Position numbers and translations under genes: made by a program. 44,966 nt of DNA from a virus. The DNA lies in the IMG/VR virus record IMGVR_UViG_3300045988_027444, one strand, 5' to 3'. Below are positions 8,548 to 16,685 of this stretch, piece by piece. The notes beneath the pieces were generated by a model. The model was given only the letters and a program-made list of their open reading frames with translations, was not told the DNA's origin and made no database searches. Every line of letters begins with the position of its first letter. Position 1 is the stretch's first letter.

Positions 8548-10803
8548 ATGTCAGAAGGTACTTTTGATTTAATCCCACTCTTAGATTATATTGACCCTTC
8601 TACATTGTCTTATCAAGAGTGGGTAAACGTAGGAATGGCCCTAAAACAAGAAGGTTATACGGCAATGGATTGGGACGCTTGGTCTCAATCAGATGGCCGT
8701 TATAAAAAGGGAGAATGCTTCACTAAATGGGATACTTTTCACAATAATGGCTCTGGTGCTGTGACTGGAGCTACCATCACTCAGATGGCTAAAAACAATG
8801 GTTGGGAGCCTATGAACAAGTCAGGCGAAAGCTACGAACTTAGCTGGGATTCAACTATTGATCGTGATTATCAAATCGTTGATAAAAATTGGGTCGAATC
8901 AAAGGAAATCCGAGAACCAATCAATTGGCATCCAGTCCAAGATCTTGTCAAATACATCGAAACATTGTTTGAAATGACAGACCTCGTTGGCTATGTCACA
9001 TCAACTTATCCGATTGAAACAGAGAATGGGCCAATCTATAAGCCAACTCAAGGCAATTACGACAGGACTGCCGGAGAGCTTATTAAAGAACTTCAGAGTA
9101 ATGGCGATGATATCGGTGCAGTTTTTGGAGACTACAAGGAAGAAGCTGGCGCCTGGATTCGTTTCAACCCGTTGGATGGAAAGGGTGTCAAGAACGATAA
9201 CGTCACTGATTTCAGATACGCTCTAGTAGAATCGGACAGCATGGAGCTCGGGAAACAATACGCTCTATTTAAAGAGTTAGAGCTTCCTATTGCTACACTA
9301 GTACACTCTGGGCACAAGTCGTTGCATGCAGTGGTACGAGTGGATGCTAGAGACTATCAAGAATATCGGAAACGTGTCGATTACATTTATCAGATTTGTA
9401 AGAAAAATGGACTTGATATTGATACCCAAAACCGTAATCCAAGCCGACTCTCTCGCATGCCTGGAGTAATCCGAAATGGGCATAAGCAGTTCTTGATTGA
9501 TACGAATCTTGGGAAAGCTAACTACGAAGAATGGTATCAATGGGTAGAAGATTTAAACGACGACCTTCCGGATCCTGAAACACTAGCAGACGAGTGGGAC
9601 CACCTTCCAGATTTAGCCCCAGAGCTTATCCATGGGGTATTGCGTCAAGGTCATAAGATGCTGATTGCAGGGCCGTCAAAAGCTGGTAAGTCGTTTGCTC
9701 TCATCGAGTTATCAATCGCTATTGCAGAGGGGCGAAAGTGGCTCGGCTGGCAGTGCGAACAAGGTAAGGTTCTCTATGTCAATCTAGAGTTGGATAGACC
9801 GTCAGCTCTTCACCGTTTTAAAGATGTTTATGCTGCTATGGGCATGCCACCTAATAGTGTCGCCAATATCGACATCTGGAACCTTCGGGGAAAGACCGTG
9901 CCAATGGATAAGTTAGCACCTAAACTCATTCGACGGTCCCTTAAGAAGAATTACCAAGCAGTTATTATTGACCCTATCTATAAGGTTCTGACAGGGGATG
10001 AAAACTCTGCAGACCAAATGGCCCATTTTACCAATCAATTCGATAAGGTAGCTACTGAGCTGGGTTGTGCCGTTATCTACTGCCACCATCACTCAAAAGG
10101 TTCTCAAGGTGGCAAGAAATCCATGGACCGTGCTAGTGGTTCAGGAGTGTTCGCTCGTGACCCTGACGCTCTGGTTGATTTAGTAGAGTTAGAGCTTAAC
10201 GACGATCTTGTTAAAGCTCGGACTGAAAAAGCAACAGCTAAGATTTACCAAAGAGCCTTGCAAGAACAGGCTAACGATTATTACCAACAGGATGTCAGTC
10301 TTGACGATTTGGAAAGTCGTTATCAAATGCAACAGCATTTTGACAAGGCTATCCCAGACATTCTAAAACGCAAGCCCTATTTGGATGAAGTTCAGTCCAC
10401 AGTCCACGCTATCGAGATTGCGACAGCGTGGCGTGTTGAAGGGACCCTCCGAGAGTTCGCCAAATTTGCCCCTGTGAATATGTGGTTCAGCTACCCAGTC
10501 CATGAAGTGGATACTACTGGTGTGCTGGCTGATATCCAACTGGAAGATAACGCCCCAGCTTGGAAAAAGAACCTAAATAAAGGTCCAGAATCGAAGAAGA
10601 AGACAGCAGAAAAAAATAAAGAAAAGCTAGTTAACGCTATTCAAGCGTTAGACGATGGAATGGATCCAGTTACAATTGACGATGTCGTGGAATATTTTTC
10701 AACAGAAGATAAACCTGTTAGCGAAAAAACTATCAGAAGATGGATCAAAAACTCAGAAATTTTTGAGGTGAAAAATGGAAAAATTCACCAAAAAAATACC
10801 TGA
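8548..10803 (+). CDS. Primase (PriCT-like N-terminus, primase-polymerase core) fused to a RecA-like/DnaB-like ATPase
   Basis: Zinc-less N-terminal PriCT-like region, central catalytic region, Walker A GPSKAGKS and Walker B AVIIDPI. Confidence 0.75.
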   Translation: MSEGTFDLIPLLDYIDPSTLSYQEWVNVGMALKQEGYTAMDWDAWSQSDGRYKKGECFTKWDTFHNNGSGAVTGATITQMAKNNGWEPMNKSGESYELSWDSTIDRDYQIVDKNWVESKEIREPINWHPVQDLVKYIETLFEMTDLVGYVTSTYPIETENGPIYKPTQGNYDRTAGELIKELQSNGDDIGAVFGDYKEEAGAWIRFNPLDGKGVKNDNVTDFRYALVESDSMELGKQYALFKELELPIATLVHSGHKSLHAVVRVDARDYQEYRKRVDYIYQICKKNGLDIDTQNRNPSRLSRMPGVIRNGHKQFLIDTNLGKANYEEWYQWVEDLNDDLPDPETLADEWDHLPDLAPELIHGVLRQGHKMLIAGPSKAGKSFALIELSIAIAEGRKWLGWQCEQGKVLYVNLELDRPSALHRFKDVYAAMGMPPNSVANIDIWNLRGKTVPMDKLAPKLIRRSLKKNYQAVIIDPIYKVLTGDENSADQMAHFTNQFDKVATELGCAVIYCHHHSKGSQGGKKSMDRASGSGVFARDPDALVDLVELELNDDLVKARTEKATAKIYQRALQEQANDYYQQDVSLDDLESRYQMQQHFDKAIPDILKRKPYLDEVQSTVHAIEIATAWRVEGTLREFAKFAPVNMWFSYPVHEVDTTGVLADIQLEDNAPAWKKNLNKGPESKKKTAEKNKEKLVNAIQALDDGMDPVTIDDVVEYFSTEDKPVSEKTIRRWIKNSEIFEVKNGKIHQKNT

Positions 10804-10814
10804 AAATTCAAAAA

Positions 10815-11076
10815 GGGACAGGGACAAATTGGGGACAAATTGGAGGGACAAATTGGAAGAAAAAACCCATTTTGTCCGTCCCAAAAAAGGGACAAATTGG
10901 AAAATGTCCGAATGTCCCTAAAGCCTAATAGGGACAAGGGACAAATTGGAAAATGTCCCTAAGAAATCGCTCAACCATGCGGCTTTGGAGCAATAGGGAC
11001 AAATTGGAAAAAATAGGGACAAAACCAGGGACAGAATATCTCCCTCTGTGAGGAGAGATATTTAGGAAAATGTCCC
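10815..11076. repeat. Iteron array, putative phage origin of replication
   Basis: GGGACAAATTGG occurs at 10821, 10832, 10845, 10889, 10938 and 10996. Inverted TGTCCC partners occur at 10911-10918, 10951-10959 and 11067-11076. The array is non-coding and directly downstream of the primase. Confidence 0.75.
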
Positions 11077-11215
11077 TGAGAGTTCAGAAGAACAGGTACA
11101 GGAACATGGGGGTCCTAAGACTCCCCCATGTAACCCTGTAACCCTGTCCTTCACTCTGAACTTAGGCGCGTGAGCGTGGTAAGTAAAAAGAAAGAGTAAA
11201 AAGGTAAAAAAAATT

Positions 11216-11467
11216 ATGGCACGAAAGAAAAAAACATATTCGGTCAAATTAGATATTGGTAAAAAAATGCCTCCACTTTATCACACGTTACCGGGTCAAG
11301 ATTTTTGGTATTCAGATTCAGAGGTTTTGAAATGGATCGCGAATCAACCGATTCTCTTGAATTGGGTAAAGGACCAGCTCAAAACGGCTGGATATATTAC
11401 CTATGACAGAGAGAATGGAAAATGGACCGGTATCGATTATCAAGGTGAGGTGGCGAAAAATGATTGA
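11216..11467 (+). CDS. Hypothetical protein, 83 aa
   Basis: ORF that overlaps the start of the next gene. No motif recognised. Confidence 0.6.
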   Translation: MARKKKTYSVKLDIGKKMPPLYHTLPGQDFWYSDSEVLKWIANQPILLNWVKDQLKTAGYITYDRENGKWTGIDYQGEVAKND

Positions 11468-11855
11468 ATTTTTCGTTCCGATGAAAAAAATCCCAACTAC
11501 AACGCATCAGCAAAAGAAAGTCACTGTCAGAAATGGTAAACCGCATTTCTATGAGCCTCAAAGTTTGAAGGAAGCCAGAAGTCTATTCACTGAGTTGTTA
11601 AGCGCATACACTCCAAAAGAGCAGATAGACGGACCTATACGCCTCACAGTGAAATGGCTATTTCCTAAAATCAAAAAAGCGACTCATGGCCAGTACAAGA
11701 CTACTAAACCAGATACGGATAATTTACAAAAATTACTTAAGGACTGCATGACGAATCTTGGCTATTGGCATGATGATGCACAAGTGGCTAGTGAGATTGC
11801 TGAAAAGTTCTGGTCGGATACTGTGGGCATCTATGTCAAGGTGGAACAGCTATGA
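11460..11855 (+). CDS. rusA: RusA-family Holliday junction resolvase
   Basis: Start at MIEFFVPM after GGTGAGGTGG. Contains the KPDTDNLQKLLKDCM...WHDDAQV motif typical of RusA. Confidence 0.8.
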   Translation: MIEFFVPMKKIPTTTHQQKKVTVRNGKPHFYEPQSLKEARSLFTELLSAYTPKEQIDGPIRLTVKWLFPKIKKATHGQYKTTKPDTDNLQKLLKDCMTNLGYWHDDAQVASEIAEKFWSDTVGIYVKVEQL

Positions 11856-12088
11856 ACTATATCGAATTTTTTGAAAAAGAAGTCCCGGACTGGATGAGGG
11901 AAAGCAATCGCATGATGCAATTGCTTGGTTTTAACACCCCTGCATACTGGAATTGGGTAATTGCCTCTATCGATAATGTTTGCGAAAAATATAACAACGA
12001 CATTCTGGTTAAAAATCAATTCCATATCATCTGGGATTTTCTAGATGAGAAGGCCAGGGAGGTTCAAACCATAGATGCAACAGATTGA
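11852..12088 (+). CDS. Hypothetical protein, 78 aa
   Basis: ATGA overlap with the rusA stop. Confidence 0.6.
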   Translation: MNYIEFFEKEVPDWMRESNRMMQLLGFNTPAYWNWVIASIDNVCEKYNNDILVKNQFHIIWDFLDEKAREVQTIDATD

Positions 12089-12115
12089 TTTTTTGTGAAG
12101 TAGAGGAAGCAGAAA

Positions 12116-12271
12116 ATGAAATATAAAGTAATCGTCTATTATGACGACATGGAAGACAGTGAGCATGTTTTCCATACAAAGAATGAAGCAATCAACGAAA
12201 TGCACAGATTGAAATTGAAATATCGCAATGCTAAGAAATATAAGGTAGAAATGGTGGAATGTGATGGATAG
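12116..12271 (+). CDS. Small hypothetical protein, 51 aa (MKYKVIVYYDDMEDSEHVF...)
   Basis: ATG 12116 follows GAGGAAGCAGAAA. Hand-translated, and it overlaps the next start. Confidence 0.45.
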   Translation: MKYKVIVYYDDMEDSEHVFHTKNEAINEMHRLKLKYRNAKKYKVEMVECDG

Positions 12272-12773
12272 AAATGAAGCAATAAGCCGAGAAGAAGCGG
12301 TACGGACAATATCAAGGATATCTGGTGGATCCGTATCTTACGCAGAAGACCTTTACGATTCGTTCTTCCCTAAACCAGTGGTGTCGCAATGTGTGGCGGA
12401 TTGGTATGAGGAACATAAGAATGACTTAAATGATGATATTTGGGCATATCTTACAAGCTGGGCTGATACGAAATGGGACGAGTTCAAATACTGGATGTAC
12501 CATACTGGCAGGAACAAAGCCATCACTACCCTCGCAAACATGCACCAGTTCGGCTACGAGGTCGAGAAAGAGCCTAGGTATACGGTTAGAGTGAAAGGAA
12601 TAAACGGGTCTCATCAGTGGTTGGCTTTCGGCAAACTGACGGAGTGTTGGTGGTTTGGGGGCAAGGAAAACTCTTCCTATGTCGTTCTTGAACACACCCG
12701 CAAAGAGCTAGAAGATGCTGATTTTGGCTGGATGTTCGATTGCGAAGGCGTGGAAGTTAAGGAGGTGGAGTAA
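12264..12773 (+). CDS. DUF1642-like phage protein
   Basis: ORF of 169-170 aa starting at ATG 12264 or GTG 12261. The family call is from memory. Confidence 0.55.
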   Translation: MDRNEAISREEAVRTISRISGGSVSYAEDLYDSFFPKPVVSQCVADWYEEHKNDLNDDIWAYLTSWADTKWDEFKYWMYHTGRNKAITTLANMHQFGYEVEKEPRYTVRVKGINGSHQWLAFGKLTECWWFGGKENSSYVVLEHTRKELEDADFGWMFDCEGVEVKEVE

Positions 12774-13138
12774 TGGTAAAACTCGTATTTATCGCAGAGC
12801 CTGAAGAACCGACGTATGACAGTATGTCAGAACTAATCGACAAGGTCAACGAGTGGGCAGATGAACGCAATTTAAAACAAGCTGACCCTAAGATTCAGTG
12901 GATGCGTATCACGGAAGAAGTCGGTGAGATTCGAGATGTACTCTTGAAACCAACGAAATTCACGGAACCACAAGCAGCGTTGAAAGATGCAATCGGTGAC
13001 ACGCTAGTAACGATTATCGTACTAGCACATCAGTTAGACCTCGATGTAACTGAATGTCTTGGTATTGCTTACGAGGAAATCAAGAACAGGAAAGGAAAAA
13101 TGATTAATGGAACTTTCGTCAAAGAAGAAGACCTCTAA
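12773..13138 (+). CDS. MazG-like nucleotide pyrophosphohydrolase
   Basis: The EEVGEIRD...DAIGDTLV metal-binding helices are typical of small phage MazG proteins. Confidence 0.7.
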   Translation: MVKLVFIAEPEEPTYDSMSELIDKVNEWADERNLKQADPKIQWMRITEEVGEIRDVLLKPTKFTEPQAALKDAIGDTLVTIIVLAHQLDLDVTECLGIAYEEIKNRKGKMINGTFVKEEDL

Positions 13139-13139
13139 G

Positions 13140-13895
13140 ATGATTGTCTGGGCATTATTCGATAGTGGAAACGGATCATATACCAAGGGTGTTAAGAAGC
13201 TGGACAAAGATATTGAAATCTATCCAATAGGCATTGATATTGAAAATAAAAATCATCATTTTATCAATCTGAATTTAGCTGATTATAGCCGTTTGTTTGG
13301 AGATAACACCCTATTTGACACATTGGACAAATTGCCTAAACCTGATCTGATTATCGCTAGCCCACCGTGTGAAAGTTGGTCTAATGCTAGCGCTATGGAT
13401 AGAGGAAATGCTTGTTGGAAACAAGAGCAAGGCGACTCTTTATTTCAACCACAAGAACCCTTGTCGATATTTACCGTTCGTGATCATAAGGATTATAACA
13501 GATATCAATATTACCCCAATAAGCAGCTTATGAAACGTATCAATGGTGAATTATGTGTGTTCAATACAGTTGAAATCATCAAACGATACAAACCCAAATA
13601 TTGGATCATAGAGAATCCAGCTCATGGCAGAATTTGGCAATACATTGAGAGAGTGCTAGGTTTCGAAATCCCGTTTGAGAATCATACAAAGTACAACAAT
13701 TATGACGACTATCCTATTTCTAAACCAACTCGATTCTCTGGGAATATTGAATTGAATCTTAAAAATGAAAAGAAATCAAATGGCATCAAATTTCAAGATT
13801 GGACGAAATCCTATAATGAGAGGTCAAACATTCCTCTGAGTTTGGTTTGCGAGATTTTAAAAAAGGTATATAAGGGGTTTATGAGTGAAACATAA
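13140..13895 (+). CDS. Compact C5-cytosine DNA methyltransferase-like protein (251 aa)
   Basis: Start at MIVWALF. Motif I-like LFDSGNGS, motif IV-like SPPCESWS, motif VI-like IIENP, motif X-like RSNIPLSLV. Confidence 0.55.
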   Translation: MIVWALFDSGNGSYTKGVKKLDKDIEIYPIGIDIENKNHHFINLNLADYSRLFGDNTLFDTLDKLPKPDLIIASPPCESWSNASAMDRGNACWKQEQGDSLFQPQEPLSIFTVRDHKDYNRYQYYPNKQLMKRINGELCVFNTVEIIKRYKPKYWIIENPAHGRIWQYIERVLGFEIPFENHTKYNNYDDYPISKPTRFSGNIELNLKNEKKSNGIKFQDWTKSYNERSNIPLSLVCEILKKVYKGFMSET

Positions 13896-14181
13896 AGATT
13901 TAACGATAGCTACAATCATACTACTAGTATCACTAGCTATCAACATGCTGTCAGTCTACTACGTTCTGACAGTGCCACGTAGGGTTGAGACAGTAACTAT
14001 CCATCGTGTAGATAACGTGGGCGCAGAGATGCACGGCAAGGTGAGCGGGAAAGAGAAAATTAACGATCTCTACATTATTGATTGCGGGGCTTACGGTAAA
14101 TTCCTCGTAAGCAAGGAACAGTATGACCAAGTGAATATTGGGGATGATATCCCTAGCTATTTGAAGGAGAGAGGGCAATGA
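13885..14181 (+). CDS. Small N-terminally membrane-anchored protein (DUF1372-like)
   Basis: GTG start after AAGGGG. One TM helix (LTIATIILLVSLAINMLSVYYVL). Confidence 0.55.
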   Translation: MKHKDLTIATIILLVSLAINMLSVYYVLTVPRRVETVTIHRVDNVGAEMHGKVSGKEKINDLYIIDCGAYGKFLVSKEQYDQVNIGDDIPSYLKERGQ

Positions 14182-14552
14182 TACCAAGATATAGAGCGTG
14201 GCTTAAAGAAGATAAAGAAATGATAGATGTGGAAGAAATATATTTCTATAATGGCGAGTTTGATTTTATCGGAGACGCTATCACTTGGATGTGCAAGAGC
14301 GATGATTGTGTTTTAATGCAATCAACTGGACTGACTGATAAAAATGGCAAAGAAATCTTTGAAGGGGATGTAGTCAAAATGGCTAAGAATGTCTATTCTG
14401 AGCCAACTTATTACGAAGTTGTAAGACATCGAGGCGGAGCATATCGCCTTGAATCTAAGCAATACGGATGTGAATTGTGGCTACGACATACCGACTGCGA
14501 AATTGCAGGGGATATATACAAGAATCCGGAACTATTAGAGGTGAGCTCATGA
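14178..14552 (+). CDS. YopX-family protein
   Basis: RAWLK...QSTGLTDKNGKEIFEGDVV...GDIYKNPELLE is a typical YopX pattern. Confidence 0.8.
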   Translation: MIPRYRAWLKEDKEMIDVEEIYFYNGEFDFIGDAITWMCKSDDCVLMQSTGLTDKNGKEIFEGDVVKMAKNVYSEPTYYEVVRHRGGAYRLESKQYGCELWLRHTDCEIAGDIYKNPELLEVSS

Positions 14553-15388
14553 GTAAAACCTACAAATATTCCGGACTGACACCAGAACTACATCAACGGC
14601 TAGTCAGTGAACATGCAGCACTTAAAGAGGCACATCCGAGAGATTACAAGCAACATTTCCAAAAAGTGAGACAGTGCAGTGAGAAACAAGCGATTATCAT
14701 TTTGCAAGCACTCAACAGTGCAGCCGTTGAACGCCAGAGAATCTCACCTCAAACAGTTGATAGATTGGAAGGCATCATTTCAGACGAGTTATATAGAGAC
14801 CTTAAAGCGTATCTGGCACAACACTACACTAGAGGGAAAACCACGCGCCCGCTCTTGGATAAAACCAACGCAGGACTGCCAGAGGAGCTTTTTAAGCAAT
14901 TCCAAGAGGAAGTAGAAGAGCTACGCAAGGAACACCCTAACGACCTAAACAAGTACATTAGAGACATTAAAGGGTGTGATAAGAAAAAAGCTAACAAAGT
15001 CCAAAACGCCATCAATCAATGTTATTTAGAGAAAGCTGCCTTAACGCCTTTGAAAACCATCCAAATGGAAGGGATGCTATCAAGGAAACTATTCAGCGAA
15101 ATTGTTGATTTTGTTTTCAATCATTATGACTGGCCCGATAAGCTGGATGACGATGCTGACCGCATTATGCTTGAATATCGCACCAAAGGCAAGACAGGCA
15201 TGGATAAAATCGCTGTCAGAAAAGCCTTATATAAAGCCTACGGCTCTAGGTGTGTAGCTAGTGAGGGTTCGACTCCCTTGCTAGCTATCGTCTGTCAAAT
15301 TACACTAAAAAATGGATATAGATTTTTAGTGGCTTGGACACTTTTCAACACCGAGCAAGCTGACAGACCTTGCTCAAACAAAACCTAG
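14549..15388 (+). CDS. Hypothetical protein with an internal ~87-aa tandem duplication
   Basis: Start at MSKTYKY after AGAGGTGAG. The two halves align: GLTPEL..LKEAHPRDY..C.EK.A..EG.IS..LY..HY versus GLPEEL..LRKEHPNDL..C.KK.A..EG.LS..LF..HY. Confidence 0.6.
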   Translation: MSKTYKYSGLTPELHQRLVSEHAALKEAHPRDYKQHFQKVRQCSEKQAIIILQALNSAAVERQRISPQTVDRLEGIISDELYRDLKAYLAQHYTRGKTTRPLLDKTNAGLPEELFKQFQEEVEELRKEHPNDLNKYIRDIKGCDKKKANKVQNAINQCYLEKAALTPLKTIQMEGMLSRKLFSEIVDFVFNHYDWPDKLDDDADRIMLEYRTKGKTGMDKIAVRKALYKAYGSRCVASEGSTPLLAIVCQITLKNGYRFLVAWTLFNTEQADRPCSNKT

Positions 15389-15629
15389 CAAATTTAAGAA
15401 AAAAGGATGTGAAACACCCTCTTTCTTATCGATATCGCATTACTAATCAAAAGCCAAAGATCTTGCTGGTGTCAATGGCTAGAAAGGAGGCGATAAAAGG
15501 CCCCAGAACAAATACACTTATCTTTTCATAAATCTCTTAATGTTTCTAGGGCTAAAATAAAAAAGCCCGACACGATGGCCGGCACTCTTTGAAAGTCAAC
15601 ACTACTATTATACCAAAGAGGACAGAACA

Positions 15630-16046
15630 ATGCTATTGCCGAAAATTGATGAAAAAGCAACTATCAGAGGTTGCAAGCGAAAACTTCGAGAATATCCACG
15701 CTGGCGAGAGATAGCACACGATAGCGCCGAGCAGAAGATTACACAAGAGTTCACTTTTATGCCAAGAGGTGGCAGCGGAGTGAGCAGGCCAGTGGAAAAT
15801 ATCGCAGTTAGGCGTGTTGATGCTATGAACGAACTAGAAGCCATAGAAAAAGCAGTTAGTGGGCTATATCGTCCAGACTATCGCAGAATACTGATAGAGA
15901 AATATCTGGCATACCCACCGAAACCAAACTGGCAAATTGCCCAAGCAATCGGATTCGAAAGGACAGCCTTTCAAGGATTGCTAAATAATGCTATCCTAGC
16001 ATTTGCAGAATTGTATAGAGATGGCAAATTAGTTGTGGAACGTTGA
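15630..16046 (+). CDS. ArpU-family late transcription regulator
   Basis: Last gene before terS. Sigma-70 region-4-like C-terminus and a typical ArpU N-terminus (KRKLREYPRWR). Confidence 0.75.
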   Translation: MLLPKIDEKATIRGCKRKLREYPRWREIAHDSAEQKITQEFTFMPRGGSGVSRPVENIAVRRVDAMNELEAIEKAVSGLYRPDYRRILIEKYLAYPPKPNWQIAQAIGFERTAFQGLLNNAILAFAELYRDGKLVVER

Positions 16047-16048
16047 AA

Positions 16049-16105
16049 TGACGGTATTTTGACGGTTAATTCACGGTGTCTAACAACTGTTTAAAGTGGT
16101 ATTAT
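16049..16105 (+). promoter_or_regulatory. Putative late promoter: three phased T(G/C)ACGGT repeats plus an extended -10
   Basis: TGACGGT at 16049 and 16060, and TCACGGT at 16071, give 11-bp phasing. TGgTATTAT lies at 16097-16105, with no good -35. Confidence 0.5.
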
Positions 16106-16126
16106 TATATTATCGAAGAAAATCAG

Positions 16127-16156
16127 AGACAGCTCACTTTGTGGGTTGTCTTTTTT
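16127..16156 (+). terminator. Intrinsic terminator in the late-operon leader
   Basis: An 11-bp stem (agacagctcac/gtgggttgtct, two G.U pairs), a ttt loop, then TTTTTT at 16151-16156. Confidence 0.7.
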
Positions 16157-16190
16157 ATGCGCAAAATCTAGCAGTGAAGGAGGTGGACAT

Positions 16191-16685
16191 ATTGGGCTAA
16201 ATCAACGACAGAAATTATTTGCGGATGAATACTTGATCTCTGGCGTGGCTTATAATGCAGCATTAAAGGCTGGGTATACTGAAAATTATGCCAAGACTAG
16301 GTCTCATAAGTTGTTAGAAAATGACAGAATCAAGGCTTATATCGAAGAACGCATGAAGGAGCTTGAGAAAAAGAAGATTGCAAAACAAGATGAAGTTATG
16401 CAAGTTTTTACTTCGATACTGAGGCAAGAGCTCATGGAAGAAGTTGTTGAGCTCAACGCCGTGACAGGTCAGTTTGTCAAGACTAAGAAGCCCCCGTCCA
16501 TTTCCGAGGTCATTAAAGCTGGTAGCGAACTTATGAAACGCTATCCAACAGCTAAACAAGCCGAGAAATTGCAACTTGAGATCGAAAAACTCAAATCTCA
16601 AATCGGTGGCGATGAAGGGCAAGATGAGAAAATTGCTGGTTTCCTCGATATCATCAAAGGGGCGGTAAGCAATGGACTTGAGTAA
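16191..16685 (+). CDS. terS: Terminase small subunit (Terminase_2-like), probable ATT start
   Basis: LNQRQKLFADEYLISG..AALKAGY is a typical terS HTH. AAGGAGG at 16177-16183 lies 7 nt before ATT 16191. The only other in-frame start upstream of the conserved terS N-terminus is TTG 16146, inside the terminator. Confidence 0.75.
   Translation: MGLNQRQKLFADEYLISGVAYNAALKAGYTENYAKTRSHKLLENDRIKAYIEERMKELEKKKIAKQDEVMQVFTSILRQELMEEVVELNAVTGQFVKTKKPPSISEVIKAGSELMKRYPTAKQAEKLQLEIEKLKSQIGGDEGQDEKIAGFLDIIKGAVSNGLE

Noticed and set aside
10815-11076. The repeat array could be mistaken for a CRISPR array.
   Set aside because: The units are only 12 nt. Some overlap or abut, the spacing is irregular, inverted copies are mixed in, and there are no cas genes. 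Iterons of an origin fit better.
11062-11247. A 61-aa minus-strand ORF lies across the origin and promoter region.
   Set aside because: No RBS. It overlaps hairpins and the start of the next plus-strand gene, and its sequence is low-complexity.
15190-15290. A complete tRNA gene ending at the T-arm-like hairpin. The same question applies at 20988-21045.
   Set aside because: No matching 5' acceptor strand lies 60-70 nt upstream, and no anticodon arm can be drawn. Only minihelix-like fragments are present.
16146-16190. The tracked TTG start at 16146 for terS.
   Set aside because: It lies inside the terminator stem and T-run with no RBS. The AAGGAGG at 16177-16183 points to 16191.
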